Below, piece after piece: positions 38,974 through 51,363 of a stretch of 64,000 nt of DNA. A model generated the notes under the pieces. The model was given only the letters and a program-made list of their open reading frames with translations, did not search any database and was not told where the DNA came from. Both the position numbers and the translations under genes were made by a program. The stretch's first letter is position 1, and the number at the start of each line of letters is the position of its first letter. Source of the DNA: an uncultured Pseudomonadota bacterium (GTDB lineage: Bacteria > Desulfobacterota > Binatia > Binatales > Binataceae); contig CAWDWL010000041.1 in NCBI GenBank assembly GCA_963805995.1, forward strand, positions 12,769 to 76,768, in the 5' to 3' direction.

Positions 38974-41142
38974 CTAACCGGCGGCGAACACTCCTTGCGC
39001 CGTACTGGCGAGGTCAACCAGGCGCCTCAACACCTGGCGCGCCCCGCGTGATGGTGCGGTCTCAAGATTAGGGTCCCTTCGCAGCCATTCTTTGGCAAGA
39101 TCGCGAAGGTGCAAAATTGTATCAAAATCGTTCATCCAATGTGCGAACCGCAGCGGCAAGGGGCCAGCTTGACGCGCGCCAAAGAGATCGCCTGGTCCGC
39201 GCAGGTCCAGATCCGCCTGCGCGATTTCGGCGCCTGACATTTTCTCAACTAATACTTTAAGTTTAGTTTGGGCCACGGGCTCAGTCTGACCCGTCATCAC
39301 CAGGTAGCAATAACCGTTGTCGGTGCCGCGCCCGATTCGCCCGCGCAATTGATGAAGCTGGGCCAGGCCATAGCGCTGCGCACCGATTATGATCATCACG
39401 GTGGCGGACGCCACATCGATTCCCACCTCGATCACAGTCGTCGAGATGAGTACCTGCAAATCGCCGTCTCTGAAGGCGCGCATCACCCGGTCTTTCTCGG
39501 CGCTATCCAGCCGTCCGTGCATCACTCCGACGCGCAATCCGGCCAGCGCGCCCTTTTGCAGGTCCGCCGCAGCCGTGATCACCGCCAGCTCCTGCTGCTC
39601 GTCGCTTTCGATCAGCGGCAGGATGCAGTAGGCACGATTGCCTTTGGCCACCTCTTCGCGCAGCCGCGGCCACACCTGCCCCAGGTCCCCCTCCTCGATC
39701 AAGGCGGTGGTGACGGGCGGACGTCCGGCGGGACGCTGGTCGAGCATCGTAACTTCCAGGTTGCTGAGCAGCACGCGCGCCAGGCTGCGCGGAATCGGCG
39801 TCGCGCTCAGCAACAGCATGTCGGCGCTGGGACCCAAGGCCTTGAGCCGCACGCGATCGAAAACTCCAAAACGATGCTGTTCGTCGATTACCGCGAGTCC
39901 GAGCCGTGGTATCTCGACGGTGCGTTGAATTAGTGCGTGGGTCCCGAAGACCACTCCCGGAGCGCCGCCGCGCAGCCACGCCAGCACCTGCCGGCGCTGG
40001 GCGGCGGGCAGGTTGCCGCATAGCAGCCGGGCTTCGAGACCGCGGTCTCCGCACAGGCGGGCAAAGGTCGCGTGATGTTGCTCGGCGAGCAATTCCGTCG
40101 GCGCCATCACCGCCGCCTGGTAGCCATGGGCAATCGCGTTGAGCACCCCCCAAAACGCGACCACCGTCTTGCCGCTGCCGACGTCGCCCATCAGCAGCCG
40201 ATTCATCTGGGCGGGATGCGCCATGTCCGCGCGAATTTCTTCGATCGCACGCTGCTGCGCCGCCGTAAGCTCAAACGGCAGGCTGCTGGCGAAGCGATCG
40301 GCCAGTTCGGCGCCACCGTCAAACGCGATTGCGGGCCGGCGGCGGGCGCGTTCGCGATCGATTTCGAGAGCCAATTCAAAGGCGAACAACTCGTCGGCCG
40401 CCAGGGCCTGATGGGCCGGGCTGGTGCCGTTACGCAACGCCTCCAGATCGGCGTCGGCGGGCGGCTGATGTAGATAGCGCACCGCTTGCGCAATCGAAGG
40501 CAAGTCAAGGCCGCCGCGCAACTCGGCCGGCAACGCCGCGGGCAGATCCCCGGCGGCGATTAGGGCGTTGCTGATCGCGGTCCGCGCGAGGCGCTGACCG
40601 ACGTAATCCCCGATCCGGTAAAGCGGCTGTAACGCCTGGGGTTGGTCTTGACCAGGCAGTTGTACCTCAGGATGAACGATCTCCAGCCGCCCGTCATTGC
40701 CGCGGGTTGCCTTGCCATGAACTACCACTTCGCTGGCGCCGCCAAAGCGCTGGCGCAGATTGGGTGCCGCGTTGAACCAGATTACGCGCAGCTTGCTCCC
40801 CCGGTGATCCTGCAGCCATCCGGTCAGAAGCCGGCGCCAGCGCGAACCGCGCATCGGCCGCTCGCTGAGATTGACCAGACGGCCGGTGACCGTAACCACT
40901 TCGTCCGCATTAATCTCATCTATTACTTTAGATTTACGCCAATCAGCATATCGCGACGGGAAGCAGAAGAGCAGGTCGCCAATCGTGCCGATACCGCGCT
41001 GCGCCAAGGCAGTGGCGCGTTTGGGGCCGATTCCCGGCAACTCTGAAAGCGGATTGGCGGCGCTAAGCTGTGCCGACGAGGCGCGCGCACGATGCGGACC
41101 CAACGGGTGGTCGGCGATTTGGTCGATTGCGGCCACGTCCAT
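38974..41142 (-). CDS. recG: ATP-dependent DNA helicase RecG
   Basis: Wedge domain followed by SF2 helicase motifs (GDVGSGKT, DEQHRFGV, SATPIPR, QLHQLRGRIGRG). Confidence 0.95.
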   Translation of the reverse strand: MDVAAIDQIADHPLGPHRARASSAQLSAANPLSELPGIGPKRATALAQRGIGTIGDLLFCFPSRYADWRKSKVIDEINADEVVTVTGRLVNLSERPMRGSRWRRLLTGWLQDHRGSKLRVIWFNAAPNLRQRFGGASEVVVHGKATRGNDGRLEIVHPEVQLPGQDQPQALQPLYRIGDYVGQRLARTAISNALIAAGDLPAALPAELRGGLDLPSIAQAVRYLHQPPADADLEALRNGTSPAHQALAADELFAFELALEIDRERARRRPAIAFDGGAELADRFASSLPFELTAAQQRAIEEIRADMAHPAQMNRLLMGDVGSGKTVVAFWGVLNAIAHGYQAAVMAPTELLAEQHHATFARLCGDRGLEARLLCGNLPAAQRRQVLAWLRGGAPGVVFGTHALIQRTVEIPRLGLAVIDEQHRFGVFDRVRLKALGPSADMLLLSATPIPRSLARVLLSNLEVTMLDQRPAGRPPVTTALIEEGDLGQVWPRLREEVAKGNRAYCILPLIESDEQQELAVITAAADLQKGALAGLRVGVMHGRLDSAEKDRVMRAFRDGDLQVLISTTVIEVGIDVASATVMIIIGAQRYGLAQLHQLRGRIGRGTDNGYCYLVMTGQTEPVAQTKLKVLVEKMSGAEIAQADLDLRGPGDLFGARQAGPLPLRFAHWMNDFDTILHLRDLAKEWLRRDPNLETAPSRGARQVLRRLVDLASTAQGVFAAG

Positions 41143-41492
41143 TCATACCATGACGGCCGGTATCCGTTCGAATCCCCCCGTATCAATCGAACCCCTATGG
41201 ATTAACATTTTTTACCTGCTCAATGGTCCTACCCAGTTGGAATCGGGTGTTCGGTCGGTTGCCAGAGAACATATTTTTTCCCCGATGCACAACTGGCGCG
41301 TATAAAACCGGCCATAGTGGTTAGTTTCCTGATGGCAAGTTAATTGCTGCATCAATCTTGGATACCATGCCAGCCTCAAAGAAAAGTCTTGTAAACGAAT
41401 GTGGCCCGGGGACGTTCAAAGATCAGAATCAAAGCTTAACCGCCCCGGATGGGGTGCGGTTCAGTACCAAGTCGGGTTGTGGGAGTACTCCA

Positions 41493-43604
41493 ATGAAAAA
41501 ACTGGTTTTGGCGCTCACAGCGCTGTTGTGGCTGTCGGGTGCATTGCTAACCAATGCGCCGGTTTCGGCGCAAATGAACCGCCCGCCCGGGTGGGGCGAC
41601 TACGACAGCGGTCGTCAATGGCGCGACGCCAGTTGGTGGTGGACCAACCATCCCGATTGGGTGCGCCAGCATCACCCCACCTGGTGGGGCGAATTCGATC
41701 AAAGCCGCACTTGGCGACCCGCGTCGTGGTGGTGGCAAAACAATCCCGATTGGGTCCGCCGCCATCACCCGGAATGGTGGGGTGACTGGGACCGCGACCA
41801 CGTCTGGCAGCCCGCCAACTGGTGGTATCAGCAAAATCCGAGCTGGATTTACCAGCATCATCCCGAATGGTGGGGCGCCCCGTACGAGGGACAGTGGTAT
41901 CCCGCCGCCTGGTGGGTGCAGAACTTCCCGCAGTGGGTGCAGATGTATCATCCCGAATGGTGGGGCGCGGTGAACCAGGGACAGTGGTATCCCGCGTCAT
42001 GGTGGTACGCCAATAATCCCAACTACATCGCGTCCAACCACCCGGAATGGTGGGGCGACCCGGACAATCAAGGCGTTTGGCAGCCGTCGAGCTGGTGGGC
42101 GCTGAACAATGCCGCCGCCTTGAGTAACAATCATCCGGATTGGTGGGGCGACTGGGACAGTAACCACGTCTGGCAGCCGGCGGGATATTGGTATCAGGTC
42201 GAGCCGCAATACGTCTATGCCAATCATCCGGATTGGTGGGGCGATTGGGACGACCATCATCGCTGGTACCCGGCGTCCTGGTGGTACCATAACAACCCCG
42301 GGTGGGTCGCGCAGAACCATCCATATTGGTGGGGTGACGCCGATGAGCATCACATGTGGCACAGCGACGTGTGGTGGCAGCAGCACAATCCGAACTGGGT
42401 AGCCCAGCACCACCCGAATTGGGTCGGCACTTACGATCAGCAGCATCGATGGCGCGACCTGAACTGGTGGGCGGCTAAGAACCCGGCCTACATTCAGCAG
42501 AACCATCGGAATTGGCTTCCGGCGATGCAGCAGGTGATCGCGCATCAGCAGTCGCAGCAACAGCGCATCGCGCAGCTCAGCCCGGCGATCGTGGCGGCCC
42601 GTGAGCAAGCAATCGGGCGCAACCGCGGCCTGGCCCAGGCGGCCGCGGCCCAGCGGGCGGCGCAAATGCGTATGCGCCAGCAAGCAGTCACTCTGCGCGC
42701 CCGGCAGCAGCGCCAACAACAGATGGTGCTGCGCGAACGAGCGACCCCGCAGTCGCTCCAACAGCAGCACGCCGCCGGACTGAACGCGGCGCCAGGGACC
42801 GCGACCGAACGCGCACGCCAGCAGGCAATCGAAAATGCGCAACATGCCGGCCATCTGAATCCCGAACAGCAGCGGGCCGCCCAAGCCGCCGCTATGCGCG
42901 ACAATCAGCTCAAGGCGTCGCAGAACCAGCAGCTGGAACAGCAGCGCGCTGGTCAAGCCGCGGCGGCGCGTGAGAATCAACTAAAGGCCTCTCAGTCTCA
43001 GCGCCTGGAGCAGGAGCGCGCCGCCCAAGCTGCGGCGCAGCGCGAAAATCAGCTCAAAGCGTCGCAGTCACAGCGCCTGGAACAGGAGCGGGCCGCTCAG
43101 GCTTCGGCCGCGCGTGAAAATCAGCTAAAGGCCGCCGAGTCTCAGCGCCTGGAACAGGAAGCGGGCCGCTCAAAGCTCGGCTCGGCCGCACGTGAGAATC
43201 AGCTAAAAGCCGCCGAGTCTCAACGGCTGGAACAGGAAAGGGCCGCTCAAGCTTCGGCGGCGCGTGAGAACCAGCTAAAGGCGGTCCAGTCGCAGCGGCT
43301 GGCACAGGAGCGCGCGGCCCAAGCCGCAGCTGCGCAGAGAACCGGCCAGACGCACCTGGAGCAACAGCGACTCGAGCAGCAGCGCATCCAACAGCAGCAC
43401 AAGCTGCAGCAGCAGAGCATGGAAGGAGTCCGTCGGCAACAGGCAGCGGCGATGGCGCACGCGCAGCAGCGGGCGGCAGCCAACCGTGCGACGCTCCACC
43501 GCGCCGCGACGATGCAGCGCCCGATGCCGGCTCCGGCCGCGCGTGCAGCGATGCCGGCTGAGCGCCACGTCCAGGCGACGCCGCCCAAACGGCACGTTGA
43601 ATAG
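41493..43604 (+). CDS. Secreted Trp/His-rich tandem-repeat protein with a Gln/Ala/Arg/Glu-rich repeat (coiled-coil-like) C-terminal half
   Basis: A gggag RBS precedes the ATG at 41493. Signal peptide MKKLVLALTALLWLSGALLTNAPVSA. About 10 repeats follow of HP(E/D)WWG(D)WD..H.WQPA.WW.QNP.W...., then about 7 repeats of RENQLKASQSQRLEQERAAQAAA. Confidence 0.8.
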   Translation: MKKLVLALTALLWLSGALLTNAPVSAQMNRPPGWGDYDSGRQWRDASWWWTNHPDWVRQHHPTWWGEFDQSRTWRPASWWWQNNPDWVRRHHPEWWGDWDRDHVWQPANWWYQQNPSWIYQHHPEWWGAPYEGQWYPAAWWVQNFPQWVQMYHPEWWGAVNQGQWYPASWWYANNPNYIASNHPEWWGDPDNQGVWQPSSWWALNNAAALSNNHPDWWGDWDSNHVWQPAGYWYQVEPQYVYANHPDWWGDWDDHHRWYPASWWYHNNPGWVAQNHPYWWGDADEHHMWHSDVWWQQHNPNWVAQHHPNWVGTYDQQHRWRDLNWWAAKNPAYIQQNHRNWLPAMQQVIAHQQSQQQRIAQLSPAIVAAREQAIGRNRGLAQAAAAQRAAQMRMRQQAVTLRARQQRQQQMVLRERATPQSLQQQHAAGLNAAPGTATERARQQAIENAQHAGHLNPEQQRAAQAAAMRDNQLKASQNQQLEQQRAGQAAAARENQLKASQSQRLEQERAAQAAAQRENQLKASQSQRLEQERAAQASAARENQLKAAESQRLEQEAGRSKLGSAARENQLKAAESQRLEQERAAQASAARENQLKAVQSQRLAQERAAQAAAAQRTGQTHLEQQRLEQQRIQQQHKLQQQSMEGVRRQQAAAMAHAQQRAAANRATLHRAATMQRPMPAPAARAAMPAERHVQATPPKRHVE
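41580..42525 (+). repeat. In-frame tandem coding repeat, period ~90-93 nt, about 10 units (Trp/His-rich)
   Basis: The units start PPGWGDYD, HPTWWGEFD, HPEWWGDWD, HPEWWGAPY, HPEWWGAVN, HPEWWGDPD, HPDWWGDWD, HPDWWGDWD, HPYWWGDAD and HPNWVGTYD. Confidence 0.85.
42894..43335 (+). repeat. In-frame tandem coding repeat, period 72 nt, 6-7 units
   Basis: Unit starts (cgYgaRaaYca) are at 42897, 42969, 43041, 43113, 43191 and 43263. One unit is 78 nt. Confidence 0.9.
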
Positions 43605-43633
43605 CTGCTAATTAGATCGCCGCTTCCGAACCA

Positions 43634-43681
43634 GGGCGGGGCGGCTCGGTACACCACCGAGCCGCCCCGCCCTATTTTTTC
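43634..43681 (+). terminator. Rho-independent terminator
   Basis: gggcggggcggctcgg-tacaccac-cgagccgccccgccc followed by tattttttt. Confidence 0.85.
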
Positions 43682-43741
43682 GCCGCGAAAGTAATCGTGG
43701 AACTACGCATTCTAACTGGTGGACGCCCGCCGCTCAGGCCA

Positions 43742-45121
43742 CTATTTCATGATCTGGGTAAGCCCGCTCGGCAGGGCATAGAGCGACAGGTTGTGATACT
43801 GCACGGGAACGGCGGAATTGAGGGTCGGAGGCGAAGCGGGCCACGCGACACTGGCGTGATCGGCTTGTACGTCGTAAATAACCGCGTTTTCACCACCGGA
43901 CGGGAGCACGAAGCTCTTTTGGCCGTTTAAGTTCGATGGAATGGCAGTGGTCGGGCCCCGGAAGACGAATTGTAACTTCCACAGCTTCTCGTTTCGATCC
44001 CACGTGTCAACATGGTCCGCGGTGTATGCCAACTGCCGGTCCAGGTACAGTACCCGATGGGAATAACAATAGAACGACTTGGTATCCGTATTGGGCACCA
44101 GATCCAGGACGTAAACATCACGAAGTTCGAATTTACTCCGCTGTGGTCTTATGAATCCGCTCGCGTGCCCTCCATATACCCAATTGGCCAGGTAATTCTC
44201 CCTCTCGCTGGCATGGGCGGTCCAGCCGCTGTGGGCGACAAAGAGCATTTTCTTCTCCCCCAGGAAATGCGGGATGAACCAGTTCGGTATGCCGCTGAAG
44301 CCGCCCCTTTGATCGTCATTGGTCCAATCTGTCCCTTGCAGCGGAGAACAGCGCGCCGTGCTGGATAATCGCAGGGAACGGCGCAATGAAGGCAGAAACA
44401 CGTAGAGTTCGGGAACGCGGTTCGGGTCGTCGGGAAAAATCGCCATCGACGTAAGATACTTCGACTGCTCGGGGGTTATCTGCTGATCGTAAATAGAGAG
44501 ATAAATGCCGTTGGACTGCGGATTGGTAATCGGCTCGCCCGCGTCGCTGACATGAGACAGCTTGAAAAATAATTGCATTCCGATGCTGCCGGTGGCATTG
44601 AAAAAGCGGTCAACAAATGCGACCGGATATGACGACCAATACATGCTCGGAATATACGTATAGTAGAGGTCGTACAGCAGCTTTCCCCCGATATCCGGAT
44701 CGGTCGGATTAAGGAATGGAACCCCGGCGCCGTAATTCTTGATGTTGTAGCTTCCGTTGGCCAATTTGACCAGTTGAGCCTGACCGGAATATTTTTCGGT
44801 GTCGGCCAGGTACTTGGTGGGAAGCTGGGTTGGAAGCGTAGGGCCAACCTCTATGTAATCGTCAGGACCGCTTCCCATCTTCCAGAAGTACTTGCCGCTC
44901 ATAAATGCCTGGAGGCTGATTGGCATGAATTTACGGTACTGCTGCCAGTTAGCGGTCGTGATTTTGGTACCGACCGGAACGGTTTCCGCCGAATTGGCGG
45001 GAACAAACTCATCGATTAGCTTTTCATTGAAAGCGTCAAGGTCCTGGGCGACCGCGGGCAGGGCCGGCAACGCCAGCGCCACGGACAGAACGACGAATGG
45101 TAGGAAGATTGTAGGCTTCAT
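43742..45121 (-). CDS. DUF1329-like (LolA-fold-like) secreted protein
   Basis: Signal peptide MKPTIFLPFVVLSVALALPALPAVA. The N-terminal region (GTKITTANWQQYRKFMP...NIKNYGAGVPFLNP) resembles the DUF1329 family as I remember it. ~459 aa, the typical length. Confidence 0.55.
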   Translation of the reverse strand: MKPTIFLPFVVLSVALALPALPAVAQDLDAFNEKLIDEFVPANSAETVPVGTKITTANWQQYRKFMPISLQAFMSGKYFWKMGSGPDDYIEVGPTLPTQLPTKYLADTEKYSGQAQLVKLANGSYNIKNYGAGVPFLNPTDPDIGGKLLYDLYYTYIPSMYWSSYPVAFVDRFFNATGSIGMQLFFKLSHVSDAGEPITNPQSNGIYLSIYDQQITPEQSKYLTSMAIFPDDPNRVPELYVFLPSLRRSLRLSSTARCSPLQGTDWTNDDQRGGFSGIPNWFIPHFLGEKKMLFVAHSGWTAHASERENYLANWVYGGHASGFIRPQRSKFELRDVYVLDLVPNTDTKSFYCYSHRVLYLDRQLAYTADHVDTWDRNEKLWKLQFVFRGPTTAIPSNLNGQKSFVLPSGGENAVIYDVQADHASVAWPASPPTLNSAVPVQYHNLSLYALPSGLTQIMK

Positions 45122-45275
45122 TCCTCATCCCCTGGAACGAATGTTTGCTTGTCCCTAGCTCGAAACCTTCCTCCTGTCAAACGTCTGTTAGGTTGAACAC
45201 ACAAACACACGGGGACAGAATGCTTTTTCCTCCCCTTCTTGGTACAACCTGTCGGTAAACTCTTAAACTAACCCT

Positions 45276-45304
45276 GCGGCTGCGGATTTGGCTACCGCAG
45301 CCGC
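45276..45304. repeat. REP-like hairpin, second copy of the element at 29411
   Basis: gcggctgcgg-atttggcta-ccgcagccgc, followed by a cccc-gaaa-gggg mini-hairpin. Confidence 0.6.
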
Positions 45305-45551
45305 TACCCCGAAAGGGGCTGCAGGCGGGCCGGCAAAGTGGTGTCAACCATACAGGATCTCGCTGCGGGCCAGCGCGTCTATCTTACTTGAGGCGTATCA
45401 GAACCTTCATCCTCTCTCACAAACTGAATGTGGGAGCGGGGACCAACCGATTGTACCTGCTATCCAATTTCCGGGAGCCTGCATGTAGATCATTCCGAAA
45501 CCTGGAAAGGGCCACACCGCCGCGGTCTGCCAAAGAGCGGTAACGGATACC

Positions 45552-48758
<3,207 letters not shown>

Positions 48759-48764
48759 GGTAAC

Positions 48765-49955
48765 TTACGCCATCTTCCTTTCAGCGGCCAGTACGCGGTC
48801 GAGTGCCTCCGCGCCGTAACGCGGAAAGGCTTCGACCAACTGCCGAAAACGTTTGAACAAATAGCCCGCATCGTGGGGACCGGGCGAGGCTTCGGGATGG
48901 TACTGCACGGAGAAGAACGGGACGCCCTGCCCGCGCAAGCCTTCCACCGTATGGTCGTTGAGATTGAGATGAGAGATCTCGGCGCGACCGGCAACCGAAT
49001 CGGCGTTCACCGCGAAGCCATGGTTCTGCGAGGTAATCTCCACCCGTCCAGTGGTGAGGTCCTTGACCGGATGATTGGCCCCGTGATGGCCAAAGTCGAG
49101 CTTGTAGGTCTGGCCGCCGATCGCGAGGCCCAGAATCTGGTGACCCAGACAGATCCCGAACACCGGCTTCTTGCCCAGGACTCCGCGCATCGCTTCGCTG
49201 GCATAGGGCAATGCCGCCGGATCCGCCGGACCGTTGGAAAGAAACACGCCGTCCGGATCGCACGCCAGGATGTCGGCGGCGGTCGCCGTGGCGGGCAGGA
49301 CCTTTACCCGCAAGCCGTGGGAAATCAGCGAGCGCAGGATGTTGCGCTTGATGCCATAATCCAGCGCGACCACCAGCGGCGCGCCATCCAGTTGCGGGCG
49401 GCCGTAACCGCGGCCCAGTTCCCATTCGCCGGAGTCCCAGTCATAGCCTTCCCCGCAGGTCACTTCCTTGACCAGGTCGCGTCCCACCAGTCCGGGCGAG
49501 GCTTTGGCCTTCCGCACCAGGCTTTCGGGATTCAGGTCGACGCTTGAGATGAGCGCTTCCTGCGCGCCGCAGGTGCGGATATGACGGACCAGCGCCCGCG
49601 TATCGATTCCTTCAATCCCGACCACTCCCGCCTGCTGCAGGTATTGGTGCAGCGGCATCTCGGAGCGCCAGTTGGAAGGACGCGGCCAGTAATCCTTGAC
49701 GATGAAGCCTTCGACGTAGATTCGCGCCGACTCCGTGTCCTCTTCGTTAACCCCCACGTTGCCGATTTCGGGGTAAGTCATGCACACCAACTGGCCCTTG
49801 TAGGAAGGATCGGTCAGGACTTCCTGGTAGCCGGTCATTGCGGTGTTGAACACCACTTCGCCCACGGTTTCGCCAATCGCTCCGAAGGCCAGGCCGCGGA
49901 AAATCCGTCCGTCGGCCAGCGCCAGTATTGCGGGTTGCTTATTTTCGCTGTTCAT
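48765..49955 (-). CDS. carA: Carbamoyl-phosphate synthase small (glutaminase) subunit
   Basis: [13 protein letters not shown]..., GATase catalytic motif FGICLGHQ, and ...[14 protein letters not shown]. The start is taken at MNSENK (49955). Confidence 0.95.
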   Translation of the reverse strand: MNSENKQPAILALADGRIFRGLAFGAIGETVGEVVFNTAMTGYQEVLTDPSYKGQLVCMTYPEIGNVGVNEEDTESARIYVEGFIVKDYWPRPSNWRSEMPLHQYLQQAGVVGIEGIDTRALVRHIRTCGAQEALISSVDLNPESLVRKAKASPGLVGRDLVKEVTCGEGYDWDSGEWELGRGYGRPQLDGAPLVVALDYGIKRNILRSLISHGLRVKVLPATATAADILACDPDGVFLSNGPADPAALPYASEAMRGVLGKKPVFGICLGHQILGLAIGGQTYKLDFGHHGANHPVKDLTTGRVEITSQNHGFAVNADSVAGRAEISHLNLNDHTVEGLRGQGVPFFSVQYHPEASPGPHDAGYLFKRFRQLVEAFPRYGAEALDRVLAAERKMA

Positions 49956-51363
49956 CTTTTCGCGTCGTACCGTGCCGCCGCCGAAGTCTCGGCGCATTCA
50001 AATCCTGTTGCGGCCGCGCGTCGTAAACGATCTCACCGTTCACAATCGTTAAAAGCGCCTTGCCTTTGAGCCGCCGCCGCGTGAACGGCGTGTTACGGCT
50101 GCGCGACAAAATCTCTCCCGGATCGACCTCCCATTGGAGCTGTGGATCGATCACCGTGAGGTCCGCCGGACCGCGCTCATACAGCCGCCCACCCTCAAGC
50201 TTGAGCAACCGCGCGGGATTCAGCGACATCAACTCGACCAGCCGCATCGGAGTGATGAGCGAACTGTGAACCAGGTCCATGGCCAGGCCCAGCGCGGTCT
50301 GCAAACCGATTACTCCGTTGGCCGCCCCAGTGAAGGCCCGCGCTTGCGGCGCGCTCAAGGGCCATCGATGATGGCCGGCGCCGAAGCATCCGGCCAACTC
50401 CGCAGCCGCCTTGGAGCCGGGATCATGAGGGGCATGATCGGTCGCGATCATATCGATGGTGCCGTCGGCCAGCGCCGCGCGCAAGGCGTCAACGTCTTCG
50501 CGGTCGCGCAGCGGCGGATTCATCTTGGCGTCGGTGCCGAATTCCAGCACCGATGCGCCGTCCAGGCTGAAGTGATGCGGCGTGGCCTCGCAGGTCACGA
50601 TGGCTCCGCGCTCGCGCGCGGCGATTACCAGCTCCAACGATTCGCGGGTGGAAACGTGCGCGATATGGACCTTCTTGCCGGCGCCGACGGCCAGGGTGAG
50701 ATCGCGCCGCACGCGCTCGCTCTCCGCGGTGGGCGGCACGGCCGCGACGCCGAGGGTATCCGCCGTCGCACCGGCGTTGATCGCGCCACCGCACGCGAGG
50801 TCACGGTCCTCTTCATGCAGTGAAATCGCCAGCCCCAAAATTCCCGCACGATGCATCGCATGCAGCAGCAAATCGGGATCGTCCACCGGCATGCCGTCGT
50901 CGGAAAGCATCCTGACGCCGGCCGTCGCGAGCGCCTCGTAGTTCGCCGCCTCCAGTCCTTTGAGGCCCTTGGAAACGGCGCCGACTGGAATCAACGCGGC
51001 TCCCCGTACGGCTTTTGCGCGGGCCAGCATGTAAGCGGTGACCTCGGGGCTGTCGTTGACCGGTACGGTGTTGGCCATCGCCGCCACCGCCACGAATCCG
51101 CCCGCCGCCGCCGCGCGCAAGCCGCTCTCAATCGTCTCCTTGTGCGGATGACCGGGATCGCGCAGATGGGTGTGGACATCGATCAGTCCCGGCACTACCC
51201 AGCATTTGTCGACCGCGATTACCCGTGCTCCCGAGGGCGGCTTGATGACTCCCGGCGGTTCAATCGCCGCGATGCGACCGCCGCTGATTTCGATATCGTA
51301 CGGTCCATGCCGCCCCGACGCCGGGTCGATCAGAGTGCCGCCCATTACGAACCGGCTCTTCAT
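49939..51363 (-). CDS. pyrC: Dihydroorotase
   Basis: [14 protein letters not shown] metal-binding motif and ...ATDHAPH.... The start overlaps the stop of the upstream pyrB fusion (ATGA). The 3' end overlaps the carA start by 17 nt. Confidence 0.9.
   Translation of the reverse strand: MKSRFVMGGTLIDPASGRHGPYDIEISGGRIAAIEPPGVIKPPSGARVIAVDKCWVVPGLIDVHTHLRDPGHPHKETIESGLRAAAAGGFVAVAAMANTVPVNDSPEVTAYMLARAKAVRGAALIPVGAVSKGLKGLEAANYEALATAGVRMLSDDGMPVDDPDLLLHAMHRAGILGLAISLHEEDRDLACGGAINAGATADTLGVAAVPPTAESERVRRDLTLAVGAGKKVHIAHVSTRESLELVIAARERGAIVTCEATPHHFSLDGASVLEFGTDAKMNPPLRDREDVDALRAALADGTIDMIATDHAPHDPGSKAAAELAGCFGAGHHRWPLSAPQARAFTGAANGVIGLQTALGLAMDLVHSSLITPMRLVELMSLNPARLLKLEGGRLYERGPADLTVIDPQLQWEVDPGEILSRSRNTPFTRRRLKGKALLTIVNGEIVYDARPQQDLNAPRLRRRHGTTRKDEQRK

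Noticed and set aside
41164-41176. CCGTTCGAATCCC, a T-loop-like string upstream of recG
   Set aside because: The flanking sequence gives no complementary T-stem or cloverleaf. It is probably chance.
41997-42980. 327-aa ORF antisense to the Trp-rich repeat gene (and a similar one at 41515..42324)
   Set aside because: The repeat periodicity, the signal peptide, the RBS and the terminator all support the plus-strand frame. The antisense frames are Pro/Arg/Gly-rich mirror images of the repeats.
42894-43335. Regularly spaced 72-nt repeats considered as a possible CRISPR array
   Set aside because: The units are directly adjacent with no unique spacers. They are in-frame within a long ORF and encode a coherent 24-aa peptide repeat. 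No cas genes are nearby.
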